Assembly (NCBI GenBank): GCA_016932785.1
Contig: JAFGCJ010000002.1
Coordinates: 337,777 to 401,776, forward strand
DNA: 64,000 nt
Direction: 5' to 3'
Source: Candidatus Dojkabacteria bacterium
GTDB lineage: Bacteria; Patescibacteriota; Dojkabacteria; SC72; JAFGCJ01
The stretch's first letter is position 1. Every line of letters begins with the position of its first letter. Position numbers and translations under genes: made by a program. Positions 26,927 through 36,440 of this stretch are shown piece after piece. Under the pieces are notes generated by a model. That model searched no databases. It had not been told where the DNA came from and saw nothing but the letters and a program-made list of their open reading frames with translations.

Positions 26927-29900
26927 TTACTCATACTTTGGATAACAGCACTTCTTGTATTTCTTACCACTACCGCAGGGACACGGATCATTCCGTCCCA
27001 CTTTCTTACCTTTAGTTATAGTCTTCTGCTTCGAGACCTTACCAGGCCTTCTGTCCACCATTGCAGCTGTCGTCTTTGCTGCCTTATCCCCGGGGCTGAC
27101 TTTAGAGGCCTCCTCTTTCACAGCCTGAGCCCTTTCCACATCTACATCAGAGCTCTTCTTCACAACACTTACCTTAAAGAATCTTCTGACAATGTTGTCC
27201 TCCATTTGAGCAAGCATCTTGTCAAACATTGCAAACCCTTCGTTTTTATATTCCACAAGAGGATTCTTCTGAGCATATCCGCGAAGGCCAATACCATGAC
27301 GAAGATCTGTCATAAGATCAAGATGCTCAATCCAAAGATTATCAATTGTTTGCAGTATAAGAACTCGCTCTACCTCACCAATTACTTCGTCTCCCAGACT
27401 CAGGATATGGATAACATATGAGGAAATCAATAATTTGTGCAGCTCAGACAAGCGCTTCTCTACAGACCATCCGTTGGAATAGAATTTTTTCTCTAAATCC
27501 TTCCAACCTTTATAACCAATTTTCTTTGAGGCCTCGTCCGCCAGTTCTACGGGAATTACATCAAGAACTCCGGCCAAAACCTTACGTTCCTCAAGATCGT
27601 CAACTTTCGAGTCATCCCGAACCTGAGAACCAATAATAAAGTCAATATGTTGAGCCGCAAGCTTCAATACCCATAATCTCAAAGGTCGAGAAAAGATACT
27701 ACCCTCACCAAGTTCTAAAATTTTCCACGACCCCGGATCCTTAATAGAAAAGTTACTGAGAGATTGAGCCATCTCAGCAACGGCAGATTCTTTCAGTTTG
27801 GAAAAATCATATTTAATAGATTTTTTCTTAGTGTCTCCCCCCTCGGCATCTACTTTCTGTCCTGCCAGTATGGTCAGAATCTTTCTTCGCAAATCGTAGA
27901 TTATCTCCCTCTGCTGATTTAGCACATCATCATATTCAACAAGATGCTTACGGGTATCGAAATGATATGCCTCTACTCTTTTTTGTGCTGATTCTATGGT
28001 CCGTCCAATAATACCGGCTTCAATAGGTACCGAGTCGTCCATTCCAACACTGGAAAGTATTCCGGACATAGCGTTTCCACCAAATAACCGCATAAGATCA
28101 TCCTCGAAGGAAACATAGAATCTCGAAGATCCAGGATCACCTTGGCGACCGGATCTTCCACGAAGCTGATTATCAATACGACGCGACTCGTGACGTTCAG
28201 TTCCAATCACATGAAGACCCCCAAGTTCCTTCACACCATGTCCCAAGGCAATATCTGTTCCTCTACCTGCCATATTGGTAGCAATAGTAACCTGTCCCTT
28301 TTTCCCAGCTTCCGCTACTATTTTCGCTTCTTTCTCGTGCTGCTTTGCGTTCAACACGTTATGGGCAATTCCTTCTTTATTAAGCATGCTGGATAACAAC
28401 TCTGAATTCTCAACAGAGGTCGTCCCCACAAGCATAGGTTGACCTTTTTCGTGCCTCTGTTTTATTTCTTTTACAACCGCTCTAAATTTTCCCTCCTTTG
28501 TTCTGAATACAAAGTCCGGAAGATCTTTTCTTATAACAGGAAGATTCGTTGGGATTACAACAACCTCAAGATCATATATATTGGCAAACTCCTCAGCTTC
28601 AGTAAGGGCCGTCGCCGTCATCCCTGAAAGAAAATCATACAAACGAAAATAGTTCTGGAAAGTAATGGTCGCCAAAGTTCTAGATTCCTTCTTGATCTCT
28701 ACACCCTCTTTTGCCTCTATAGCTTGGTGCAATCCTTCACTGTATCGCCGTCCTGGCAAAACACGACCAGTAAATTCATCAACGATTAGTACCTGATTAT
28801 CCTTAATAATGTACTGATCATCCTTGGTATATAGCTCCTTGGCCTTGAGTGCATTATCAAGATGATGAACTTGTGCATAATTTTCCCAGATATTATCAAC
28901 TGAAAGTATCTTCTCCACTCTATCCACTCCCTCGTCAGTAAGAGAAACAGAATGGGCCTTTTCATCAACCAGGTAATCCTGAGGCGGCTTTAGCTGCCTC
29001 GCGACATTTGCAAACTGGAGGTACATTTCATTTGAGTCTTGGGCTTGAGAAGAAATAATCAGAGGAGTTCTAGCTTCATCGATTAGAATAGAGTCACATT
29101 CGTCGACAATAGCAAAATAAAGAGGCCCCTGAACTCTCTGACTCAACGAATGAGCCATATTATCCCGAAGATAATCAAAACCAAACTCATTGTTGGTGCC
29201 ATAAATAATGTCACAGGCATAGGCTTCTGATTTACTACACCTTTGAAGATTTACTCCCGACATATGGTCATACTTAAGCCGGCCAACCTCCGAGCGAAGC
29301 TTTTCTCGCTCTTCAATTTTCTTCTGGGCTTCGTCTCCTTTCAGATCAACAGCTTCTTTGTCAGTAATAAATTTGTAGGCCGCCCCTGGAGTAATAACGC
29401 CAACCTTCATACCCAGAGCACCATATATGTGTCCTGCCCATTCACCGTCTCTTCTTGCAAGATAGTCATTTACGGTTACAAGATGAACACCTTTACCCAT
29501 CAAAGCGTAAAGAAAAAGCGGACATGTAGCTACAAGCGTTTTACCCTCTCCAGTAAAGTGTTCTATCACATACCCATGAGCCTGAAATATACCCGCCAAA
29601 ATCTGAACATCGAAATGTCTATGATTAGTCTGACGCCTTGAAGACTCTCTCACTCTTGCATATATTTCTGGAAGAATCTCCAAAAGCCTTTCCCTATCAT
29701 CTTTCTGCCGCTTATTCTTTTGTTCTTCTGTTAAGGCTGGAAGAAAAGGATCTCTCTCCCTTCTTGATTTTTCTAAGTCTATACCCAGTTTTTTCCTGAA
29801 ATCCTCAGCTGTTTTCATTAGCTCAGTATCAGAGAGCTTCTGAACCGACTCCTCAAGACCATTAATCCCCTCAACAATAGGTTTGAATTTCTTTAGCTGT

Positions 29901-29941
29901 CTCTCATTGGAGTCAAAGAATTTTGATAAAAAATTCAGCAT
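26927..29941 (-). CDS. secA: Preprotein translocase ATPase SecA
   Basis: TGEGKT, VTVNDYLARRD, DSILIDEARTPLIIS, ATNMAGRGTDI, SEC-C GRNDPCPCGSGKKYKKCC; start re-called at MLNFLSK. Confidence 0.98.
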   Translation of the reverse strand: MLNFLSKFFDSNERQLKKFKPIVEGINGLEESVQKLSDTELMKTAEDFRKKLGIDLEKSRRERDPFLPALTEEQKNKRQKDDRERLLEILPEIYARVRESSRRQTNHRHFDVQILAGIFQAHGYVIEHFTGEGKTLVATCPLFLYALMGKGVHLVTVNDYLARRDGEWAGHIYGALGMKVGVITPGAAYKFITDKEAVDLKGDEAQKKIEEREKLRSEVGRLKYDHMSGVNLQRCSKSEAYACDIIYGTNNEFGFDYLRDNMAHSLSQRVQGPLYFAIVDECDSILIDEARTPLIISSQAQDSNEMYLQFANVARQLKPPQDYLVDEKAHSVSLTDEGVDRVEKILSVDNIWENYAQVHHLDNALKAKELYTKDDQYIIKDNQVLIVDEFTGRVLPGRRYSEGLHQAIEAKEGVEIKKESRTLATITFQNYFRLYDFLSGMTATALTEAEEFANIYDLEVVVIPTNLPVIRKDLPDFVFRTKEGKFRAVVKEIKQRHEKGQPMLVGTTSVENSELLSSMLNKEGIAHNVLNAKQHEKEAKIVAEAGKKGQVTIATNMAGRGTDIALGHGVKELGGLHVIGTERHESRRIDNQLRGRSGRQGDPGSSRFYVSFEDDLMRLFGGNAMSGILSSVGMDDSVPIEAGIIGRTIESAQKRVEAYHFDTRKHLVEYDDVLNQQREIIYDLRRKILTILAGQKVDAEGGDTKKKSIKYDFSKLKESAVAEMAQSLSNFSIKDPGSWKILELGEGSIFSRPLRLWVLKLAAQHIDFIIGSQVRDDSKVDDLEERKVLAGVLDVIPVELADEASKKIGYKGWKDLEKKFYSNGWSVEKRLSELHKLLISSYVIHILSLGDEVIGEVERVLILQTIDNLWIEHLDLMTDLRHGIGLRGYAQKNPLVEYKNEGFAMFDKMLAQMEDNIVRRFFKVSVVKKSSDVDVERAQAVKEEASKVSPGDKAAKTTAAMVDRRPGKVSKQKTITKGKKVGRNDPCPCGSGKKYKKCCYPKYE

Positions 29942-30042
29942 AACGAAGTGATTATAACATGCATAGCAATCATTGCGGGATGAAAAATATGTCAAAACCG
30001 AATTTTAAGAATTTTTTAATCTCTCGAGTCTACAATTAGAAC

Positions 30043-33000
30043 ATGAAAAAAATCACTTTATACTTATGCCTATCCGTAACTATTTTCCTTATATTCAGCA
30101 AACAAGACTCCATCGCCAAGATTCAGCACGTCGACATACGTTCAGACACCTATGTTGAGGAAATGTATCCTACAGTATCTCCATGGAACAACAAGAATCT
30201 CTATATCGGGAAGGACACATGGTATGGGAAAGGGAAGACAAGAGCATACGTAAGAGCAGATCTCACTGGGTTGGAGAATCTCGGAATTATCGGTAGGGAC
30301 ATCGTCAACGCTAACCTATACCTTTACCAATACGAAAATGAAGGAAACTCCCCCTACACTTTACTCGCGTTCCGTCCAAAAGAGAACTGGAACGAACGCT
30401 TAGTAAACTGGAGCAATCAACCTAATAATCTTGAGCAGATTTCATCAAATTCCCAATCAAACTCGAACGGATGGAAGAAGATAGATATTACGAAATACGT
30501 AAAGAACGCATTGGACGATGACCTTAATTACGGCGTCAACATAAAACTTAAGACTGAAGATTCACCAGCAATAATTTTCTGGTCAACAGCCTGTGTCGGG
30601 ACACCAACTCCACCATCATGCAATCCAACCGAAAAACCTTATGTCCAGGTAGAATTCACTCCCAATGCGCCTCCAAACCCACCTGTTCTCCTCGATCCGC
30701 AGGATGATATTTTCCTTCAGGCAGGACTCATCCACTTTGAAGCCAACTCTTCTACCGATCCTAATGGCGAAAAAATACAGTATCGGCTAGAAATATCAAA
30801 ATCCGACAGCTTCGAAACACTAATATATAAAAGCCAGCTTTCAGATATACCAAGATTTGACTATACCCTGTCGGAAGAATCCAAGTATTTTTGGCGCATG
30901 GCGTCAATAGACGAGCACGGAGAAATCTCGGGAAAAACGTATTCAGAAACAAGAACATTCTTTATAGATAAAACACCTCCAACAGTACCAATAATAGATC
31001 CCGAGCCTCCATTCACAAACGGCACCGAAAATACAATCACCTGGTCAAGTTCCTCAGATAATTATGCAAAGACAATCACATATAGAGCCGAGATAAGCGA
31101 GACAGAGGACTTTAGCAAGAATGTCAACTCATCGGAATGGTTGACTGATCTTAGTACAAAGTTCACTAACCTAGAGGACAACAAACACTATTATTATAGG
31201 GTAAAATCACGCGACGATGCAAAAAATACATCTGAATATTCATCCGTTGTTTCTTCAACACAGGACAACAACCCGCCGCAGATCAAAGACTTTCGCCTAA
31301 GCACGTCATTGATCTCACCATTTAACCCATCAAGCAAATCAGTTCGCGACTACACAGAAATCAAAGGTAAGATCGAAGATCCCACCCTAAGATCATGGAA
31401 ACTACTAGTAGTAGATCAGAACCACAAGAATGTATCAACACTTAAAGCTGAAAACAATGTTTTTTCATTCAGCTGGCCACAGGACGATTCCCGAATTTCG
31501 AAATTATCAGATGGAAAATATTTCGCTTACATCAATGCAACTGATAGCTTCGGGAAAACAATGAATTCCAAATCGCTGGAAATAACAATTGATGATACGA
31601 GCCCAGCTACTCCTACTATTGAAAATCCAAAAAGCGAGTCATACTCAAATTCCCACTCAATAACTCTTATCTCCAAAGTCGAGAAAAACACATCAAACAA
31701 TATATATCTAAACGATATTCTACAGGCTCGAAGACTAGCTATTAGTAAGATATCACAAGACATCAAAATACCTAAAGACGGAAAACACTCAATAAAAGTA
31801 GAGTCCCTCGACGAAGCAGGCAACAAAAGTTCAACCACTGTTACAGTAAATATTGACACATCGCCTCCTAACGCGCCAGAAATAGAGTTACATCCAGACT
31901 CAAAAGCCAATTCTATTTCTATAAGTATTAAAGGCGAGAAAGAGACCACTGCAAAAATCTATATTAACGGAAAACTCACAAAATCTTTCACGCATACCGA
32001 TAATAAAAAGACAGACATTGTAAAAAAATGGACAGTCAACCAAGAGTACAAAGTTTTCGCGACACTTGTAGACAGGGCTGGAAATATAAGTCCCAAATCA
32101 AAAATAAGAAGCTACAAAACTCCGGACTCAAATGTTCTTGGTACCGGAATGGGCTTTGGAGACATAACCAACTATCCCAAGGCTCCCAAGATAAAGACCT
32201 GCACCATTAAGGTTCATAAAGACAGGAAAATATACGACATAAAAAACTGTAACATATCCGCACCATCACTTGCTGAAATAGAAAATAGAGGTAAAAATGG
32301 CAACATATACTGGCTAACACTGTACGGATCAGCACAAAAGAAACTCAAAATTAAACTCGAGAAATACAGATGCAAGAAAAAAAGCATCTTCGATCCAAGA
32401 ACCTGGTTTTTTTGTATAGATCAAAAATACAAACAGGAAACCAAGACGGTAACACCAAGACTCGAGATAATCTCTAGGCTAAGTAATGGCAAAGAGCTGT
32501 ACGAGTACAAAAAATCAATTAATACGAAAGGCAATTTCTACTCAGACGACTACACCTGGTACGATCCAAACAATAAAAAAGTCTCTTCAAAAAGTATCCT
32601 ATCAGGTTATCTTAAAGTTGAAGGTATATGGATAGACTATCAATACAAAAGTGGAAAATCTAATAGCATCAAAGTACCTAAGGAGTCCAAGAATAGTGGA
32701 AAATACTTTTCTTTTGTATTCAATGAAATTATAGGCGTAACTCAATGGCATGGTTATACTGCATACCAAAGCCCCCATACAGGAATAGACTTCGGGGCAG
32801 TAGAAAAAAAGATCATTTCACCAGCAAACGGTTATATCCGAGCGGTTGGATGGGATAGTTATTACGGCCAATGTCTTTCCGGAGGAAATTACATACGAAT
32901 CGAACATGATAACGGCATGCACACTGTCTATATGCACCTGAAAAACTACACCAACAGCCAGGGGAAAAAATGGAAAGTCGGGCAAAGAATTCTCCGTGGA

Positions 33001-33210
33001 CAACAGGTGGGAATCAGCGGAAACTCAGGAGCATGGAACTGCCAACCGCTCGGATATCATCTACATTTTGAACTTAGAAAAAGCAGAAGTCAATCCACCC
33101 ATCTAAATCCTGTCCCCTACATAGACATTAATTGGAACCTCATACACACAATCGGCTCTCAAAATAATCCCGGCAGACTAACTGGCGATAATCCACATCC
33201 AAGTTATTAA
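30043..33210 (+). CDS. Secreted protein: DNRLRE/CBM96-like N-terminal domain, FN3/Ig stalk, C-terminal M23 peptidase
   Basis: Signal peptide; SDTYVEE...NWNERLVNWSNQP...IDITKYV; DEAGN/DRAGN Ig motifs; HTGID, YMHL, HLHFE. Confidence 0.85.
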   Translation: MKKITLYLCLSVTIFLIFSKQDSIAKIQHVDIRSDTYVEEMYPTVSPWNNKNLYIGKDTWYGKGKTRAYVRADLTGLENLGIIGRDIVNANLYLYQYENEGNSPYTLLAFRPKENWNERLVNWSNQPNNLEQISSNSQSNSNGWKKIDITKYVKNALDDDLNYGVNIKLKTEDSPAIIFWSTACVGTPTPPSCNPTEKPYVQVEFTPNAPPNPPVLLDPQDDIFLQAGLIHFEANSSTDPNGEKIQYRLEISKSDSFETLIYKSQLSDIPRFDYTLSEESKYFWRMASIDEHGEISGKTYSETRTFFIDKTPPTVPIIDPEPPFTNGTENTITWSSSSDNYAKTITYRAEISETEDFSKNVNSSEWLTDLSTKFTNLEDNKHYYYRVKSRDDAKNTSEYSSVVSSTQDNNPPQIKDFRLSTSLISPFNPSSKSVRDYTEIKGKIEDPTLRSWKLLVVDQNHKNVSTLKAENNVFSFSWPQDDSRISKLSDGKYFAYINATDSFGKTMNSKSLEITIDDTSPATPTIENPKSESYSNSHSITLISKVEKNTSNNIYLNDILQARRLAISKISQDIKIPKDGKHSIKVESLDEAGNKSSTTVTVNIDTSPPNAPEIELHPDSKANSISISIKGEKETTAKIYINGKLTKSFTHTDNKKTDIVKKWTVNQEYKVFATLVDRAGNISPKSKIRSYKTPDSNVLGTGMGFGDITNYPKAPKIKTCTIKVHKDRKIYDIKNCNISAPSLAEIENRGKNGNIYWLTLYGSAQKKLKIKLEKYRCKKKSIFDPRTWFFCIDQKYKQETKTVTPRLEIISRLSNGKELYEYKKSINTKGNFYSDDYTWYDPNNKKVSSKSILSGYLKVEGIWIDYQYKSGKSNSIKVPKESKNSGKYFSFVFNEIIGVTQWHGYTAYQSPHTGIDFGAVEKKIISPANGYIRAVGWDSYYGQCLSGGNYIRIEHDNGMHTVYMHLKNYTNSQGKKWKVGQRILRGQQVGISGNSGAWNCQPLGYHLHFELRKSRSQSTHLNPVPYIDINWNLIHTIGSQNNPGRLTGDNPHPSY

Positions 33211-33219
33211 TAATTAAAA

Positions 33220-34191
33220 ATGAAGCTAAAACGTCTAATAATCATTGCAGGTGCAGCTCTAGCTACTTACATCACAATTTCTTTATTAAGTTATTTCTTC
33301 GATGGTAAAACATCACCAGAAATCCCCAATACACATCAGACACTATTTTTCACGGGAATATACCCAAAAAAAGTTCTCTGGATTAATAAGCAGGTTCTTG
33401 TAGCTCTCGAAGAAAATTCAATAATAATCTACGACACTAATGAAAGGACTGTAAGAAAAAAAATTGAGATTAATCAGCCAATAATAGATATACAAGTGAA
33501 TTCGGAAAAGATTTTCATCATATCCAAAGACAATGATAACTCAATAGTCTACAAAATTTCCGAAAATGGGGAAGTTGAGAATACTGTCAAATTCCCCAAG
33601 GCCGACACAATAGTTATCCAAGATAAATACAGCTGTCATACCAAAAGCTTCGAAATAAAAAGCCCAGAAGAAGTAGCTTCCATAATAACAATATATAAGG
33701 ACAGAAAAATAATTAATGAAATCAGATCATCTCTTTCAGTAAAGCCCCTAAACTGTGACTCCAAAAAGCTCTATCTAGTAAAGTCAAGCCCTGTTCTAGA
33801 GAACCACCTATACTCCTGGGAAAATAACAAAATAAAAAATCTCACTCTAAATCGTGAGGATATTCTTTCGATAGGTATCTCACAGAACATGAAATTGATA
33901 GCTATAGAAACAGATACCTCTATCGAAGTACTATCAGACTCATCAAAAATAATTAACTCAGCTAATTACAATGGACAACCTTGGTATCTAACACCTAACA
34001 AAATACTTTTTCTCGAAAATTCAGACAATAGATACGAAGTGAAATCCTACATTCTAGAGGAATCAGAGAAAAAGATTGAAACCATATTTGAATCAGAGGA
34101 AAATTTCACAGATATCATACCATCACCAGATGAAAACAATTTCATACTACTATCAGAATTCGGAGAGTTATGGATATCAAAGAGAAAGTAG
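33220..34191 (+). CDS. Membrane-anchored beta-propeller-like protein
   Basis: N-terminal TM helix; repeating beta-strand blades (SPDENNFILLS); 9 nt after the M23 gene. Confidence 0.6.
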   Translation: MKLKRLIIIAGAALATYITISLLSYFFDGKTSPEIPNTHQTLFFTGIYPKKVLWINKQVLVALEENSIIIYDTNERTVRKKIEINQPIIDIQVNSEKIFIISKDNDNSIVYKISENGEVENTVKFPKADTIVIQDKYSCHTKSFEIKSPEEVASIITIYKDRKIINEIRSSLSVKPLNCDSKKLYLVKSSPVLENHLYSWENNKIKNLTLNREDILSIGISQNMKLIAIETDTSIEVLSDSSKIINSANYNGQPWYLTPNKILFLENSDNRYEVKSYILEESEKKIETIFESEENFTDIIPSPDENNFILLSEFGELWISKRK

Positions 34192-34701
34192 AAACCTCTT
34201 ATTGTAGTTATTCATCTCATCTTCGTATTTCTCAACATCATCCCTGTAATTTTCATATAGCTGCGGCAGGTCCTTACTATCATCCCAAGTATCGTTCTCC
34301 TCAGCGCATTTTTCAGCAACTGACTGAACTGCCTCGAGATATTCTACAGCTGAATTACAAACATCTTCCTGATTATCACTTAGTTGTCTAGCCGCGAAAT
34401 TTAAGTTTTTCCATTTTGACTCAAGATTTTTTACTGCTTCAACATTATCAGATGCTTTCTTTTCAACATTTTCACATCCTTTAAAAGTTAAACCTTCTTC
34501 AGTATCAACAAGGAGGTTTACTTCATCGACATAATCCATTATCTGCTCTACATACGAGTATGATCTGCTGCCAACAATGAATCCGACCAATCGAACAACA
34601 AACAGAATAAAGAAGACGGCACCTACTGCACATCCTCCAATAATGATGTATCTCAGATATGGAATTATCCTATATTTGCTATTTCCTTTAACAGATTCCA
34701 T
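34177..34701 (-). CDS. Membrane-anchored helical hypothetical protein
   Basis: TM helix followed by an acidic helical domain containing Cys residues. Confidence 0.6.
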   Translation of the reverse strand: MESVKGNSKYRIIPYLRYIIIGGCAVGAVFFILFVVRLVGFIVGSRSYSYVEQIMDYVDEVNLLVDTEEGLTFKGCENVEKKASDNVEAVKNLESKWKNLNFAARQLSDNQEDVCNSAVEYLEAVQSVAEKCAEENDTWDDSKDLPQLYENYRDDVEKYEDEMNNYNKRFLLSL

Positions 34702-35171
34702 AGGTAAGGCCAAAAAATAATAAGACCTGTCACCGCAGACGCTATAGAGCTCACCAGTACAGCGCCGGCACTTACATCTTTTGCGTAACGAATATTTACT
34801 TTGTACTCCTTAGACACTGTGTCGCATACTGCCTCAATAACACTGTTAAATGCCTCCGATATAAGCACAAGTCCTGCAACTAGAGCCAAAGCAACCCAGT
34901 CCGAATGTCCTATCCCCAAAATCAAGCCGCCAACAACAACAAGAGCAAGGGCGACAATCTGAATTCTAAAGTTACGCTCGTTCTTTAATATGAGCTTTAG
35001 TCCTGAAACAGCAAATCTGTAACTTTCGAAAAAGTTTCTTGCGTCGTACTTATGATTCTTTCTATTAGAGTTTTCTTCAACATAACAGATATTCTCGGGA
35101 CAAGAGCATGACTGAGCATTGTCAGAAGTGTTATTTTGTCCATCTATTTCAGAGTTTTTTTCTTTTTCCAT
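34665..35171 (-). CDS. dgkA: Diacylglycerol/undecaprenol kinase (DgkA family)
   Basis: ERNFRIQ, EAFNSVIEAVCD, AKDVSAGAVL. Confidence 0.92.
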   Translation of the reverse strand: MEKEKNSEIDGQNNTSDNAQSCSCPENICYVEENSNRKNHKYDARNFFESYRFAVSGLKLILKNERNFRIQIVALALVVVGGLILGIGHSDWVALALVAGLVLISEAFNSVIEAVCDTVSKEYKVNIRYAKDVSAGAVLVSSIASAVTGLIIFWPYLWNLLKEIANIG

Positions 35172-36393
35172 TTGCAGCTACCTGTTCTAATATCTTATAT
35201 GTCTGAGCTGCCGTATTTTCCCAGGTATAGCCTTCAGACCTAATCATCCCAGATTCTCCTAGTTCCTGAGCAAATGTGTCATCAGTAGTAACTTTGTAGT
35301 AGGCTTGCGCAACTGCTTCGGTATCCTCAGGATCAACCAGCAATGCACCATCTCCCAGTACCTCAGGATAGCATGATCTATTGCTTGCAACAACCGGAGC
35401 CCCACATCTCATGGCTTCAAGAGGAGCAAACCCAAATCCTTCATATAACGAAAGATGCGTAAATACACTACAACCACATATGAGGTCATTCAGGTCTTCG
35501 TCTTCAAAAAAGCCCGTGAAATAAACATATTCCTCAAGACCAAGGTCTGCTATAAGATATCTAACCTCTGCAAGAAAGGTATTCCTCATATCAAGTCTGG
35601 TAAAATCACCTCCCGCCAAGACCAGATACGGAGGATATTTTTCTGATTGACTCTTGTACATTTTCCTTAAAGCGGCATAGGCTTTGATCAATCCCGGTAC
35701 ATTCTTATTTTTCTCTACCCCAGAGTAATACATAATATACCCTGTCTTAATAACCTCTTTCGGCAGGTATTTCAGGAGAACATCCATATCCGGTTCCACT
35801 TTCCGAAATCTATCTGAAATCCCAAGGTAAACAGGCAAAACTTTTTCCTTAGGTATCTTTACATACTTAAGAAGATCCTCCTTAGTTTTAATAGAGTTCG
35901 TAATTACTCGATCGGCTTTTGCAACACGTCTAAGAGCATTATGATACTGGAACTTTCTTATCCAATCGAGGTATTTGGGAGCTGAGGAATATCTATTCAA
36001 TATGGGAAATGCTAAATCATGAATCATTACAACTGTCTTGGTTTTCCTTAACGGAAACCCTCTCCAAAAGTAGGGGCAAAAATACACATCCGGAATCTCC
36101 TCCCTCAAAAGAGCATCAATAGCTGGTCTATACTGCCTAAGCCACCAAACAAAATTCAATTTATCCGATGCCCTACATGGCCCGATATTTATGGTACGGA
36201 TAATATCAGGATAATCTCGAATTGTAGACTCAATCGTTGTCGGAGAATTGAATGTCAATAGATAGTAGATATCGTCGCGAGAATTATCATGACTTTGTTT
36301 CACCATATTAGAGACAACTTCTTGGGTATACCTACCTGGCCCACGATTCGCAAACTGGTCCTGAGTTGTTGTCGCATCTATAACAATCTTCAT
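35149..36393 (-). CDS. Glycosyltransferase family 4
   Basis: SLYEGFGFAPLEAMRCGAPVVASN. Confidence 0.95.
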   Translation of the reverse strand: MKIVIDATTTQDQFANRGPGRYTQEVVSNMVKQSHDNSRDDIYYLLTFNSPTTIESTIRDYPDIIRTINIGPCRASDKLNFVWWLRQYRPAIDALLREEIPDVYFCPYFWRGFPLRKTKTVVMIHDLAFPILNRYSSAPKYLDWIRKFQYHNALRRVAKADRVITNSIKTKEDLLKYVKIPKEKVLPVYLGISDRFRKVEPDMDVLLKYLPKEVIKTGYIMYYSGVEKNKNVPGLIKAYAALRKMYKSQSEKYPPYLVLAGGDFTRLDMRNTFLAEVRYLIADLGLEEYVYFTGFFEDEDLNDLICGCSVFTHLSLYEGFGFAPLEAMRCGAPVVASNRSCYPEVLGDGALLVDPEDTEAVAQAYYKVTTDDTFAQELGESGMIRSEGYTWENTAAQTYKILEQVAANGKRKKL

Positions 36394-36440
36394 TTCGATT
36401 TATCGCGAATTATACATCACTAACAAACCAGTGCAAAACA

